From Octopus vulgaris (lineage: Eukaryota), in the NCBI GenBank assembly GCA_951406725.2, contig OX597823.1, forward strand, positions 10,974,001-11,038,000: a DNA stretch of 64,000 nt. The letters are read 5' to 3'. Shown in pieces: positions 1 through 13,555 of the stretch (the first letter of the stretch is position 1; every line of letters begins with the position of its first letter). The position numbers and the translations under genes are program-made. The notes under the pieces were generated by a model. That model was not told the DNA's origin. It saw only the letters and a program-made list of their open reading frames with translations, and did no database searches.

Positions 1-271
1 TTTGGATTTCCACTTATTCAGGTCTCTGCAGAATAGTCTTAATGGTAAAAATTTCAATTCTTTGGATGATGTAAAAAGATACCTTGATGAATTCTTTGCT
101 ATGAAACCACCTCAGTTCTGGGAAGAGGGTATTTTCAAGTTAAGGGAAAGATGGAGACGCATTGTGCAACAAAATGGTTCATATTTGGTTGATTAAAAAT
201 GTAATGTCAAGTATTTATTGACCTTTTTCTTTCCTTTAAAAATCGGCACGAACTTTCCGGACAACCCAATA
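1..271 (+). mobile_element. Mariner transposon 3' end (transposase C-terminus plus right TIR)
   Basis: ORF 2-196 reads DFHLFRSLQNSLNGK...FWEEGIFKLRERWRRIVQQNGSY, the canonical mariner C-terminus. The TIR-like AATCGGCACGAACTTTCCGGACAACCCAA ends in TA at about 270. Confidence 0.9.
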
Positions 272-280
272 TTTCATGTC

Positions 281-445
281 GAGCTGGCAGAATCGTTAGC
301 ACACCGGGCACAATGCTTAGCGGTGTTTCGTCTATCTTTACGTCGTGAGATCAAGTACCGCAGAGATCAACTTTGCCCTTCATCCTTTTGGGGTTGATAA
401 AATAAGAAACAGTTGAGCACTGGGGTCAAATCAAACGACTTAACT
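281..445 (+). mobile_element. tRNA-derived SINE, family C (degenerate)
   Basis: GAGCTGGCAGAATCGTTAGC head followed by ACTTTGCCCTTCATCCTTTTGGGGTTGATAAA core. Matches the copies at 42.0-42.6 kb and 54.6-55.0 kb. Confidence 0.8.
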
Positions 446-830
446 ACTCCAGCGTAAGAGTATAAAAGTTGCACCCTTCTGTCAAGTCATGTCGAACCGG
501 TATGATCTCAAGCTTAAATTTACGGCATTCACATTAGACTGTAGTTGGTGCAGGCAACATGCTGAGGCATAGGCAATCAAATCCATTTAGTTATCTCATG
601 ATGATTGGATAATGAAGCGATGAAAATATTGTTTAGATGAAAATTTTTTTTTTTTAATTAATCTCTAAATTTGAAATAAATAACCCAAAAGTAATAATTT
701 CATGGCAGACTGGATACAAATATTTTTCTAACAGTCACAGACTGGTAAATTCTCGCAAGATATCCCTATGTACTGAACACATTTTTCTTAATCACTTAAA
801 TTTTCCTTTCCTCTTTTTTTCATTTTTCCA

Positions 831-871
831 AGGAGAAAGAGAGAGAGAAAGACAGAGACAGAGACAGAGAC

Positions 872-902
<31 letters not shown>

Positions 903-958
903 AAGGGAGACAGAGAGACAGAGAGACAGAGACAGAGACAGAGACAGAGACAGAGAGA
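831..958. repeat. (GA)n/(GACA)n/(GAGACA)n microsatellite
   Basis: Seen directly. Confidence 0.95.
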
Positions 959-959
959 T

Positions 960-1350
960 TGCCTCTGGATCTCAAAGCTTGTATTTTCGTCGCATTCATC
1001 GGCCTGCAGAAGCTGAAGCTAATCTCAGACTTCATCGACTCAACAGTTGTGCGAGACCAGGCAAAGATCATTGACATGGCTTTTTCTGCTTCAGTACTTA
1101 CAGTACGCAATTTCAAATACATTATTGGCAAATTAGTTTGATAAACCATTTTATATCCTCCCAGAACAAAACCTTGATGTTCTTATCTGTGGTAAATTCA
1201 AATTAGATTCAACATGTGTTCTTCGATTAGCAATTTATGCAGATTTATGCATATTTTGACATGAATATTGTTTTCAATTTTCTTCTTCAACTCCGAACAA
1301 GCAAACTGTCTTGATTAAATAGCAATTAACGAAGTCATTGATTTCAGTAT
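960..1350 (-). mobile_element. Possible hAT transposase C-terminal remnant
   Basis: Minus frame VSTEAEKAMSMIFAWSRTTVESMKSEISFSF weakly resembles the hAT dimerisation region. Heavily decayed. Confidence 0.25.
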
Positions 1351-1363
1351 CACTTTGTGGTTC

Positions 1364-1397
<34 letters not shown>

Positions 1398-2379
1398 CTT
1401 TTCTCTTAAAGGGCAACGACAAAGCTTTAGCTATTATTGTATATTTGAGAATCTGTTCTTTTCAACAAATTTGAATTTTTGTAAAATTCTTTGAATATTT
1501 AATTAATTATGATAGTATACCGTTAATTGAGGGTAATTTTGAATTTTAATAACTGCCACCAACAATTTGCCTAAATTAAATGGTTAACTCAAGTCATAAA
1601 GGGATCAAAATATAATATATTCTGTGAGAGAGAAATACTGGTAAACATGTATATATACTCGTTAATGCATGGATTTAAATGTTTTTGTTGTTACGCTCGG
1701 ATATAAACATATTACTAACGTTTTTAAATATGAGCTTATACCAAGATTTGTCTAACGAATAAAGGTTGAACTTTATTAATTACTCATTACGGAGGTATGT
1801 TCTTGTTTAAATCTTTTCATATCGCTATTTGCTCTCGAAATATTTGTAAATAATATAAATGTTGTCATTTAGATTTTAGAGCTGTTTCTTTTTTCTTTCT
1901 TTCGTTCTTTTCCATTTTCAATAAATATTCAATGTATTTGAGGAAGAAAAAGACGAGAAAGATACTTGATATTGTTTGTAATTAATCAACGCCAACGGAG
2001 ATCATCTATTTGACAAGTAGTAATTTATCATTAGTTTAATTGAAAACAGTTTTGAAAATTGCTAAAACGAATAAACAATCTAAGTGAAGCAAAAAGAGAG
2101 ACATTAAAAAGCGATGCAGCGTGTAAGGAATAAGGGAATAATAATAATATTCGAAATAAATGGAAGTTCAAGGCGTCAGCATATATATCTTAAATAACAG
2201 AAAAGAGAACAGGATATGTGATATGTTATGTTTGAATGGGGAAAGAAATATGAAATAAAATACCAATTGTTAGATAAAATATCATCTAATAATAGTTGTC
2301 AGTTAATAACAACCTAATATTAATCATTTTAATATCTACAGTCGAAAATAAATGAATAAATACAATAATATATTTCGTA

Positions 2380-2682
<303 letters not shown>

Positions 2683-2849
2683 AAGTATGGTAATGAGCAG
2701 GTGATCTTACTGAAAGATGATTGTCCTTAGTTGTCAGAATTGTCTTTGAAAAAAAGTAACATTTGTGAACCAACTACTAAGTAACTATAATATTAACATG
2801 CTTTTAGAAAACTAGGTCACGGATACCTTCGAAATTTTGAGTATCCACT

Positions 2850-2990
2850 CTGGTATTTCAAGGTCTTTATGACCTTATTTTTTATTTTCCTCTCCAATCA
2901 TATTTGGACGCCTTGCTTTAATAGCATGATCAGTCTTTATGAAACGAGAGAACTTGTTTTCAACGTTGAAAGTTCCAAGTCCAAATAATT
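2850..2990 (-). mobile_element. Fragment of a restriction-like endonuclease (RLE) LINE, R4/Dong-like
   Basis: Minus frame IKTDHAIKARRPNMI resembles the IQTDxxIxARRPDI motif. Confidence 0.5.
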
Positions 2991-4139
2991 ACCCCGTAGC
3001 TATTGCAACAAACAACAGTAGCTGAAATGGCAACAACAACAGCAGCAGCGCGGCAGCAGCAATAATGTAAAGAAAATAGCATTCTGCTTATGGAAGAAGA
3101 GATTTCATCGTTGAAAGTAGAAAGGCATCCAAAAGTTGCACCACTAGTACAGTGGCAATCGAGAGTTGCAATAAAACATTAGCAAAAGTGATAACAGCGG
3201 CAGCAATGGTAACAAAAACAGCACCAGCAGTAGCAAAAGCAGCAATGATGGCAATAATGACAACAATAGCAATAAGCGCAGCAGCAGCAGCAATGATTGC
3301 AGCAGTAGTAATGCTACTAAAAGAATAAAAGAAATGACAGCAACAATAGCAATGTTTTATTCACTGGAATAATCTCAGCGTGGGAGTTATACATTCCCTT
3401 GTGGACGAAAGTAAAAAACGCCAAGCGATTTAGGAAAATTGAGGGGCAATGGGCAAAGCTTGCACCCATGCCTGAAATTCAAGCTGCAAATAATAAAATG
3501 ATTGTCTTCTCTTGCCGCAATTCACATTTGGCTGGATTGGAGCGCCTACTCTTCAACCTTTATGAAAGGGACGCATTTTACTTGTCAGACGCTTCATTTA
3601 CTGTCAATATCTGTTATGTAGAGGATTGTTCATGCTGTGGCGAAGCATGTGTTGAGGCTACGACGTCTCCAGCAATTATTTCCTTTACAGAACTGCAGTC
3701 TTTGGTCGACTCAAAGATTGAAACATAATATGTAGCACATGTATTGTTGTTAAACATCACTGATCTCAACCAGTCGGGTGAAATGACAGGTAACGTTTCC
3801 ATGTTGGCGTTCTATCATCGATTGTTGGTGAACAGAATCGATAGAGCGTTGGGTAAAATGCGTTGCAGTTTGCAGTATTTGTTTCCGCTCTTCATGTTCG
3901 AATCCCGCTGAAGTAACTTTGCCTTTCACACCCCGCACCGTTATCCTCAAAATAAAGAATTCATCAAGGACTGGGGACGATGATATTGAATAATCCTTCA
4001 CAACTACTGGAATTGTGACTATTCTAGAAATAATTACTATAAAGTTGTTTCGTGTTAATTTAGCCAGCAGTGACGTTAACTCGATGGACAATAAGTCACC
4101 TCAAATTTCCTGAATTTTTCTTATGGTTCTTGCAGAATG

Positions 4140-5050
4140 CAGGCTGACTCATTATGCAAATGCGTGTCATCCTGAACTGAAACAATGCGTGTCTCAGTTC
4201 CAGTGTCCTTTATCCTCTTAGGTATCAGTTTTGCTGTTTTGCCGCGTGCATCAAGTATCACAGGAACAAGTGTCATCTTAGGTTCCTACCACAATCTCTC
4301 CATCTCTCTGGCGAGGTCCTGATATTTCTCTTTCTTTTCAAACTTTTTGATATCCAATCTATTTGATATTGCAAAGTCTGTTACCTTACATTTTCTCCTC
4401 TACAATTATATTGGATCCCTTTGCTTTAATAGTATAGTGAGTCTTTATGGAGAAATCTCATAAAATCTTGTGATTATCATCCACTATCAATCTCTGGTTT
4501 GTATTCGTACCAGATTTCTGTCACTCTGAATCAGTACACTCGGCTGATATCCCACTGTACTCTTTTACGGAAACAGTCATGCCTACTCTTATATTATTTT
4601 TGTGCTAGCTTACTGCATTCACTTAAGCGATGGTCTATACTGTCACTCCTTTTTCTCCAGATCCTGCGTTTGCTCTCTGACTGCGTTTTATAAACTGCAA
4701 AGTTCGTTCTAATAGCTTGTTTCTGATACCCGCAATTAACTGGATTTCTTGTCAGCTGCAACCAGCATTCTTTACTTCCAGCATCTTCGTCTTCGGTTTG
4801 TTACGTGAATCTTTCTCTTTCAATTATTTTCACAGTCATTCTCCCTTCTGTTCCAGAATTCTCTTACTGTTTCAGAAACTTCTTGAATATTTCTAGCAAC
4901 TTACTGTATTTTTTTCTTTACTACGAACAACGTGGTTTTTAAAACCTCTACTCACAGTACGGATGATGTCTTCTGCGTTCAACTAACAACTACCTCCTTC
5001 CTTTAATCTTCCACTGATATTCACGTTTATCAACTTGTTATAAGCGGCTT
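4140..5050 (-). mobile_element. R4/Dong-like RLE LINE 3' remnant
   Basis: Minus frame KVTDFAISNRLDIKKFEKKEKYQDLAREMERLW*EPKMTLVPVILDARG matches the RLE C-terminal domain. Confidence 0.75.
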
Positions 5051-5349
5051 CAAAGTGAAGCTTTTATTTTTAAAAATGCTACGATAATAAAAGGAAAAAT
5101 AGATTATAACAGTTTTAACATGAGGTTCATAAAAAAGCAGTAAATCGAAGTTTAACAGTTGCCATTACATTAACGAAATCAAAGGTTAGCATTTATTATA
5201 ACATTTACCACCACCTTATTGAAATTGTATTATTCTAGTTAGTGTTATCATAACGATTGGGAGCCTTATGTAGATTGGCCTCCTTCCACGAATCACATTA
5301 GGTGACATCTCAGATTAATCCTTTCTAACTTCATAAAGCGTGTTTTACT

Positions 5350-8300
5350 TTATCATTCTCCAATGTTTAGCAAGCTTAATTACCTGTATTCTGTACAATT
5401 GATATTGTCGATACAGTATCGATTTATTTATCAGATTTTCGTATTGTTACTAAATAATGTTAATGCTCTCTTTAACTTCAAGATGAAACAATACATTATT
5501 TTCATTCGAACGAAATTCCGCATATGCGTTAAATTCCAGATGCATAGCTCGTGAGGGGACTTCTTTAACTTCCTTTTTTAAAAAATATTTCAATGGCATC
5601 TTATGTTGTCCTCATTGACAGCACTACAAGCTGCTACAAAATTTGCAAGCTCTCCATGAAGAACAACTTCCAACTGTTCATAAGTTTCAGGTATGTAAAA
5701 TATGCTTAATATATAAAACTGTAGTTGTGTGAGTGTCTGTCCCTTTCGATTTAGATTCCTAACTACTCCCACATTTTGCGGTGCAGTTTAACCAAATTCG
5801 GGTATCTTATAGTCGTGATTCATATCGAGCCCGTCTGAGTATTAACGCGCGTCTACGATGAGTCTACGATTTTAAAAATAATTTAACATCATTTTTTATT
5901 CCATTTTAATGCATAATTTTTTGTGTGTCGATGGCGGCGGAGTTGGCGTCCATGGTCACACCTGCACCTGTTTGCTTCTCCCCCTTCTTCCCTCCCTCGT
6001 GAAGCTGTGGGGAAGGGAGTGTAAGGAAATCAACGTCGTAAAGCGTTGTCAAGGAGACCAGCGTTCTTTTAGAACAACGACTTCATGGCTTGAAGACACC
6101 AAAACAGAAATCGCTAAGAAAGCCCGAATTGGCATCTATAAGGGAAGTAACTCTCTAAAAATGCTTATATAGTTATTTCCCTTACAAACCCGAGCAACGC
6201 CGGGCGATACTGCTAGTGCTTAATAAAATTCTATCCCTCGCGATTATATTTCTCTATTCACAAATTAGTTGAAGGACGGGATAATGTTGTTATGGAATGT
6301 GTTACACCATCTTGAAGACAAACTGAATAAAATTTTATCAATAAAATCGAAGACACTGATATCAGAGGGAAAAAAATTCAGGGCGCCGAAAATTAAAAAT
6401 CAATTATCATAAACAACGAACGAAATCTCATTCAGTAAAAATCAAAATTGAAATCTACCATATTGATCATCGATTGTTTGTAGAGAAGGGCTTCTGGTTA
6501 ATAATGCAGTATTCTTTAGTCTAAAAAATATATAAAAGGCTCTTAAAAGAACATAATCCTTTAGATCATGACTCTTTGGAAAATTTTGGTTTGTAAACTG
6601 TACACACATTGTGTAAGTGAAACATAACTGCACACTTGTACCAGTGAGAATAGTACATGGTGTTGTTGTATAAACTACGACAATATGGTCATACTTTAAT
6701 GAGTCAAGTAAAGATAGCAGGTGTACAAATTGTAATATCGAAATAGAGAATATTACTAAGACCTCATTGATAATTCTAGATTTTATATTCAGAGAAAAAT
6801 GTGCCAAAGCTTTTCGAGCGGTTTCTATATTGTATGAAAGGATTAAACTAACGTCTACATTTCTCACAATCTTTAAATATTGACAAAGCTTCCAGTTAAA
6901 CAGCATCTGATCCTCATTTAATGAGTAATAGTGTTCTTCATTGAAAACCAACTGGTCTATCTGATGAAGAAAATACCACACTCATGACTGCAGAAGCATC
7001 AGTCTCATGATAAAGCTTAGGATAATGTAACTATATCTGCTTTTAATATGAAAAGAAAGTTTAATGCCTCGATATGCAATGTAAATTACTTTTACCTGTG
7101 CAATTAATGGTAACTTTTAATCTGTTGAGTTTCGTAAGCAAGCAATTTTAATAAGTTTTCGGGATAAAATGTAGATAGTATAGAAAAATATAGCCAAAGC
7201 TTTAAATTCTTGGCGTCAGTATGCCTATTCCAATTTTCAATGATCTAACCAAAACAATTTCTTGACAAACAAATATATATGAATTAATGTGAAATTAATT
7301 TCTTTGCCAACATTTAAAAGAAGCAATGAGATGTGAATCATTTTCACACTAAAAATTCTTATATCAATATAAGTGAAAGTATTTATGAGATAATATTTCT
7401 CAATTATTGTGTCCTTATACTTGCGTATGTGACACAAACAGGCAATAGATAAAACTGATACAAATTCCCCATTAATTTCAAATACAGTAAGGCTTTTATC
7501 TTTATTCCGAATTTATCTTCAATGATAACCCGATTTTATATCTATTTTAGAGATAATTTCATTTTTAGCAACCCTATTCGCAATGTTGTCAAGATCGAAA
7601 GATTGATAGGCATCATGCTGAGAGTATCTATCGACAGTTTGCAAATAGTTTATTAACAATCGAGGGTTCTTACTTCTGATAAAACTTTGTACAAATCATA
7701 GTAAAGGTGAAGCCTTCTAACAGGTACTTAATTAATTTTTGAAGATGAATTCACAGTCTCCTGAAGATAACTTGCGTGATTTAGTACATTCGTTTTGAAG
7801 ACTTGATTAAAAAATAAACAGAAAATAGAGCAGCCAAGTCAATTTTCATTTATTTTTATCATTTCTTTGATGCAACCTCTGTGGTGATGTAAAAGCTTCC
7901 CACCTCTCAAAACATTTCTTTAAATTTTCAATGAAACATGTACGCTCTTTTAAGCTGCTGCAAATGGGAAGCAAAATGTAGACTAAATATTCCATAGCTG
8001 GTTTGATTTTTCATATAAACAGGCAGCCTTCCCAACCGGTAGCTTCATCTGATCAAACCAGTTGGTCAATAGTGGTAGATTTTATAATACTTGTGGAACC
8101 AACACTGTACTTCGATGTAAGCTGTTGACGCTGTTAACGCCTTTGTTTGTTCAAGACAACGAATGCCAATCATTCAGAAAGCTACAATGAAGTCTGTAAG
8201 CACCAAATCTTGTGTCATCTTCAAGATCTTTTTCAGGAAAAGGCTGTGTTCCACTGCGTTATGAGCAGTAGACGATCAAAAAAATACACCTGTTATCAGA

Positions 8301-8450
8301 CTATTCTGGGACTCATCCTCGATGTGATGAGACACAGAAATTGCTTGTTGTAGATTTGCCACAGTCAGAATCTGGCTAAAATACCAGAAGGTACTGACTA
8401 CTGCATTCAGTTATGTAGATTTATTACTTTCCTTGAAATTTAAAGCGAAT
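5350..8450 (-). mobile_element. Decayed Ty3/Gypsy pol (RT-RNase H-integrase), interrupted by a Helitron
   Basis: Manual minus-strand translation. RT at about 7.3-7.7 kb: KNPRLLINYLQTVDRYSQHDAY...IISKIDIKSGYH...TFTYID. RNase H at about 6.9-7.0 kb: ETDASAV...DRPVGFQ*RTL...LEALSI. Integrase at about 6.25-6.5 kb: LQTIDDQYGRFQF...FLIFGALNFFPSD, continuing below 5.7 kb. Many stops. Confidence 0.8.
5703..6216 (+). mobile_element. Non-autonomous Helitron, copy 1
   Basis: 3' hairpin CCCGAGCAACGCCGGG followed by terminal CTAG|T. Body shared with the copies at 11872, 31675 and 43079. Confidence 0.85.
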
Positions 8451-8454
8451 TTAG

Positions 8455-8855
8455 ATAATTCCCATTTGTCGATATACCACTCCCAAATTTGGTGTATGTC
8501 CAGTTTTGGAACGCATCCTGGAACACGCTCTCAAGAGTAGTGAGCTGTTCCGGGTTATTTCCAAATTCAGAGAGTAGGGTCCTAGGTAAACAGAGTCGTC
8601 TAATACTTTGCCAAAAGCCACAAGCAGGTAGTGAAGTGTGAGAAGGTACGCTATCGTATTGCAGTATCTAAGTTTGGCTTAAACATGCCTCTGACATCTT
8701 CCTTCATACTGCTTCTTTCCAAAATCTCGGGATATCCAAATAAAAGTCTTTATTTATCGTGTCGCCACGTGGAACAAATTCCCAGAGCAAGACAGTGTTC
8801 TTCCAATCAAAAAAGACAATCAACATCGCTTTCAGATTAAACGATTCTGACGTGA

Positions 8856-8919
<64 letters not shown>

Positions 8920-9028
8920 ACAGAAGGTCAAGGTCATCTATATACAGCGCTGCAGTCATGAGTACATTGATCTTGTTAGTTGGTGCTATATTTTAAAAGT
9001 CCAGATCCTTTTTGGACAGACTTTGTAT
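8455..9028 (-). mobile_element. Internally deleted mariner element with a (GT)n insertion
   Basis: KAMLIVFFDWK...EFVPRGDTINKDFYLDI matches the mariner catalytic domain. TIR-like end followed by TA at about 9027. Confidence 0.8.
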
Positions 9029-10987
9029 GTTCTAAGAAATGTTTTCATGTGGGTATCATTTGATTTTTCATTGATATTTAAATAGTCAGCACTGGTGCAA
9101 TAACACACTGGTCACAAATATGATTGATACGACATTCAGATGGTGTTAACTTTGATGTTCATAATGTGACGTTGATGAATAAAATCTTTGCTAGAAGCTT
9201 TTGTTCAACAAGCTATGATAATAATAGGACATATAAAAATAATATAATAGCAGCAGTAATACGAGATGTATAAACAATAAACCAAAGCTGGACATTGATT
9301 ATAGATCTGTCTTAGCCACAGTGTGAGGTTCGCACTACTGAAGAAACTTCAACGCACTCTCTCGATCTGTACCCAACTAGCAACCAAATATACTTCAAAT
9401 TAGATTATGCCGTCTTAAAGTAATGAAAATACTGGACAATTTATTCATACGTTTACAAAATGACGAGAAGGTCACGGTGGGAATGGCATTGATCTTATAC
9501 CTTTCCGACTAGAGATGGACCGGATTGAGCAATAACACTCAACTTTTGTCGTCGTTGAGCGCCTGGTCCAGCACAACTGCGATTAAGACATTCCAGTCAT
9601 TACCATTACTTTCTATTCGTCACAGGGTATCCAGAAAGAAACTATTCAAGGTGTCCCCTTTTGAGACGGATGAATGGGATCGAGGAGAGCTTTTATTGCT
9701 GTTTTAGCGTGGCAACATATTATTGGCAACATACTAAAAGCACTGAAAATATGTAATGAAAGATTTATTTCTGATAAATTACTTCCAGTTGTAATTTTCT
9801 AAGCTACTAACTCATTAAAGAAAGTGAGACATTGACTATTTTCTAATAACTTTGCTATTCGTCTTCTGATGATGGTCAACATATAAGGGGACAAATATAG
9901 CAAATTCTTTGTCGAGGGAACATTCACTTTATAAATCTCAAGGCAAACTACCATTGCTGCATTAGTTGGAGAGGGGATTCTCAAAATAAATACTGAAACA
10001 TTTTTAGCTGCGAATTAAAATCCAGATTATTATGCTTGTTATATAGATGTATAACACAAGCTTATGCCCTTCCTCAATGTCATAGAGTAGAGATCATATC
10101 TCTCATTTTACGTCAAAAGTTGTGTATTTTATAAAGCAAAGAGAGAGAGAGAGAGAGAGCGAGAGATTTTCAACTGATATGCCTCAGAGATTAAGAATAT
10201 TTCTTAGATCTTAATTCACAAACCATAAAAGGAACACAAATAAAGAAGAAAAAATAGCAAAATACTTCTATTTGGTAACGTTAAAAGAAATATTTAGCCA
10301 GTAAGACTGAAGAAAAAGTGAAGTAGCCTGAAAAAGTCATTAAGTTGTTTCTTTTTTAAATTTCGATAAGAGACCCATGGGGTTACAGAGAAAAATAAAG
10401 ATTATATCGTCAAAGAAAATTACAGTAAAATCTTTCTAAAGGAAAAAGAAGCTATTGTCATTAGATCTTGAAGAATATGAAATTTAAAATGAAAAATAAA
10501 GCTTATTCATTCTGGCGTTTTTCACTAAAATTACAAAAATATCAAATGCGAATTGTCACAGTATAAAATTTCAATTAAGAAGTCTTGAGAAAACATTTAG
10601 AATGGTTTCATGTTGTCCATAGAGTAAGATAAAAGAAAGCTTTACAAGCAATCTAAAACTAGTAACAAGTTGAGAATTAGCACAAATGTTCAATATTAGT
10701 ACGTGTACAATTGATTAGAAAAATAGTAAAGCGTAAATACCACAATAACCATGATGCCTCTGGGCTGATATTGTAAAAGTTCAACAAATTCTAGGAATTT
10801 CAAAATGGAACAGCTGAATGTGAGCAAACTAGTAATGGTCTGCGACCTCAGGTTCTATCATTAGAATGTGAGACTTCTTTTCTTCCTTATGGCAGAAGTA
10901 TTTTCTCTTAAATCATGAACGAACAATGAAAATGTTAACAGAGGTAAAATGCTTCAGTTACTTTTATATACGGTATTTGTTGCGTTT

Positions 10988-10989
<2 letters not shown>

Positions 10990-11052
<63 letters not shown>

Positions 11053-11141
11053 TGTGTGTGTATGTGTGTGTGCATGTGTGTGTGTGCATGTGTGTGTGGA
11101 TGTGTGTGTGTGTGGATGTGTGTGTGTGTGTGTGTGTGTGG

Positions 11142-11173
<32 letters not shown>

Positions 11174-11381
11174 ATGTGTGTGTGGATGTGTGTGTGTGTG
11201 CGCGTGTGTGGATGTGTGTGTGTGGATGTGTGTGTGGATGTGTGTGTCTGTGTGTGTGTGTGGATGATGCGTGTGTGTGTGTGTGTGTGATATGTGTGTG
11301 TGTGGATGTGTGTGTGTACGTGTGTGTGTGCATGTGTGTGTGTGTGTGTGTGGATGTGTGTGTGTGTGTGTTTGTGTGTGT
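10990..11381. repeat. (GT)n microsatellite with GGAT interruptions
   Basis: Seen directly. Confidence 0.97.
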
Positions 11382-11871
11382 TCGGAACTAGTGTCATAAA
11401 AGTTCTACATTAGAGAATGGGAAATAAAAAGTAATGTTTTGTAGCCGAAAACTCAGAGCTCAGTTTTGCTTGTGATACGAAGAAATGTGTTTAACTCTTG
11501 CAAACTATTAATGAGAAATGCAGATACGTCGAATTAAATGTAAACAACTTTATTGGGACACAGCGTTTTCAAAATACGTAGAAGATGATTATCCATCGTT
11601 ACAAAAGGATTTAGATAAGCAAATTACGTCATTCATAGTATCACATACTGAGGATACGAAAACTGATATCGTCTTCTGTAACAATGCGATAAAAGATGCC
11701 TTGCTCTTTGTTTGCGCCACACGGATTTCATGTAGAAGATTTGCACCCGTGTTTCTGTTATGGAAGAATCTTGAACACCCCACGTGACTTGAGGTGGACT
11801 ACGACCGTGTTAGTTTACCGTGTGTGTTGTGTGCGTGCGTGCATATATATACACACACACACACACATATA

Positions 11872-12256
11872 TCTTTATATATAAAAGAGAGGTTGTGTGT
11901 CTGTCTCCTACGATTTAGATTCCTAACTACTCCCACATTTTGCGGTGCAGTTTAACCAAAACCGGGTATCTTATAGTCGTGATTCATATCGAGCCCTTCT
12001 GGGTATTAGCGCGCGTCTAAGATTTAAAAAAAATTTACCATCATTTTTTTCCATTTTAATGCATTTTTTCGCTATTATATAAGGAAAGTAACTCTCTAAA
12101 AATGTCTACGATGAGTCAACGATTTGAAAAAAATTTACCATAATTTTTTTCCATTTTTAATGCATTTTTTTTGCTATCTTTTGGCTATAACTCTCTAAAA
12201 ATGCTTATATAGTTATTTCCCTTACAAACCTGAGCAACGCCGGGCGATACTGCTAG
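11872..12256 (+). mobile_element. Non-autonomous Helitron, copy 2
   Basis: 5' TCTTTATATATAAAAG, 3' hairpin plus CTAG, inserted between A and T, no TSD. Confidence 0.9.
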
Positions 12257-12271
12257 TATATATATATATAT

Positions 12272-12429
12272 ATAGTTAATCCAAACATGAAAACACAAAG
12301 AGAAAACACAACAACGCAAGGACGTGGAACAAATATAGTATTACAGAACGCTCAGGAAGGAAGGGAAGAAGGAGGGTTTAACGTTTCGAGCGGAGCTCTT
12401 CGTCGGAAGCATAGGAGAAGGAAAGATTC
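12272..12429 (-). mobile_element. Penelope-like terminal repeat with a degenerate hammerhead motif
   Basis: Minus strand CCGACGA-A-GAGC-TCC-GCTC-GAAAC-GTT at about 12378-12410 has the minimal PLE hammerhead layout. Confidence 0.65.
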
Positions 12430-12610
12430 AGAAGATTTGCACCCGTGTTTCTATTATGGAAGAATCTTGAACACCCCACGTGACTTGAGGTGGACTACGA
12501 CCGTGTTGGTTTACCGTGTTTGTTTGTTTGACAGTTGGTAGTTGAACAGTGAATACTGAGTATCGTACCCGCGTTCGAGTAGTACGGAATGCGTTCTTTG
12601 TTAACATATA

Positions 12611-12780
12611 GGCGTAGGAGTGGCTGTGTGGTAAGTAGCTTGCTTACGAACCACAAGGTTCCGGGTTCAGTCCCACTGCGTGGCACCTTGGGCAAGTGTC
12701 TTCTTCTATAGCCTCGGGCCGACCAAAGCCTTGTGAGTGGATTTGGTAGACGGAAACTGAAAGAAGCCCGTCGTATATAT
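12611..12780 (+). mobile_element. tRNA-derived SINE, family A (5' half)
   Basis: GGCGTAGGAGTGGCTGTGTGGTAAG (A box), GGTTCAGTCCC (B box), then GGCACCTTGGGCAAGTGTC core. Confidence 0.9.
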
Positions 12781-12829
12781 GCATATACATATGTATATAT
12801 ATGTTTATATATGTTATGATGTGAACATA

Positions 12830-13301
12830 AACTTTCTCACTCATAACCCCTGCATGTTCTGAAAATGTAAATTCTCAAAATATAATGCATTTCCTATTCA
12901 AGGCTCTGATGAAGTTAGTGGATGTTATCCTCGTACTCAACTAAGAGCCCGCTACACTTTAGAGCAGAAACAGCTGTAAGCTAATGAAGTTCATGACATC
13001 ACATTTGTTTTTTTCCAGTGTCATCTCTTTGTTTCTATTACCACTCTAAATTTATCTAACATTGTGTTCTGGACCACACACGTATTGAGTTCTACACAAG
13101 GTTATTAGTATCGCTATGCCTAAATAATATATATATTTATTTTCTCTCTCTGCTTATTTCTGTGTTCCTTTCTGTCGAAGAGCGTAGGCTCGAAACGTAA
13201 AAGACTTTCTCACTTCCCGAGCGTTAAACTAATACATCTCTTTGTCGTTTACACACCGGTCTTCGTCTTTTGTTTTGTTTTGTTTTTTCTTGTAAAATTC
13301 C

Positions 13302-13305
<4 letters not shown>
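12830..13305 (+). mobile_element. Two adjacent PLE-terminus remnants with hammerhead-like motifs
   Basis: 12902-12982: GGCT-CTGATGA...GAAAC-AGCT-GTA-AGCT. 13168-13203: CTTT-CTGTCGA-A-GAGC-GTAG-GCTC-GAAAC-GTA-AAAG. Confidence 0.6.
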
Positions 13306-13384
<79 letters not shown>

Positions 13385-13500
13385 AAGTATATTTGCTACA
13401 TAAATGTATTTGCAAATACTGATAGGGCATAGAAAAGTGTGTCAGTGTATACCTCGCTCAGAGATTTATTATTGCCTATATATATAGAGAAATAATATAG

Positions 13501-13555
<55 letters not shown>

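Noticed and set aside
3399-3728. 109-aa ORF in non-repetitive sequence
   Set aside because: No recognisable motif in the frames examined and no convincing splice sites; left unassigned.
6442-6981. 179-aa ORF as a host receptor or sacsin-like gene
   Set aside because: The surrounding frames give RT, RNase H and integrase motifs, so it is part of the decayed Gypsy pol.
9750-11620. hAT transposase remnants (also about 39.9-40.3 kb)
   Set aside because: Only faint peptide echoes with many stops; not supportable without a search.
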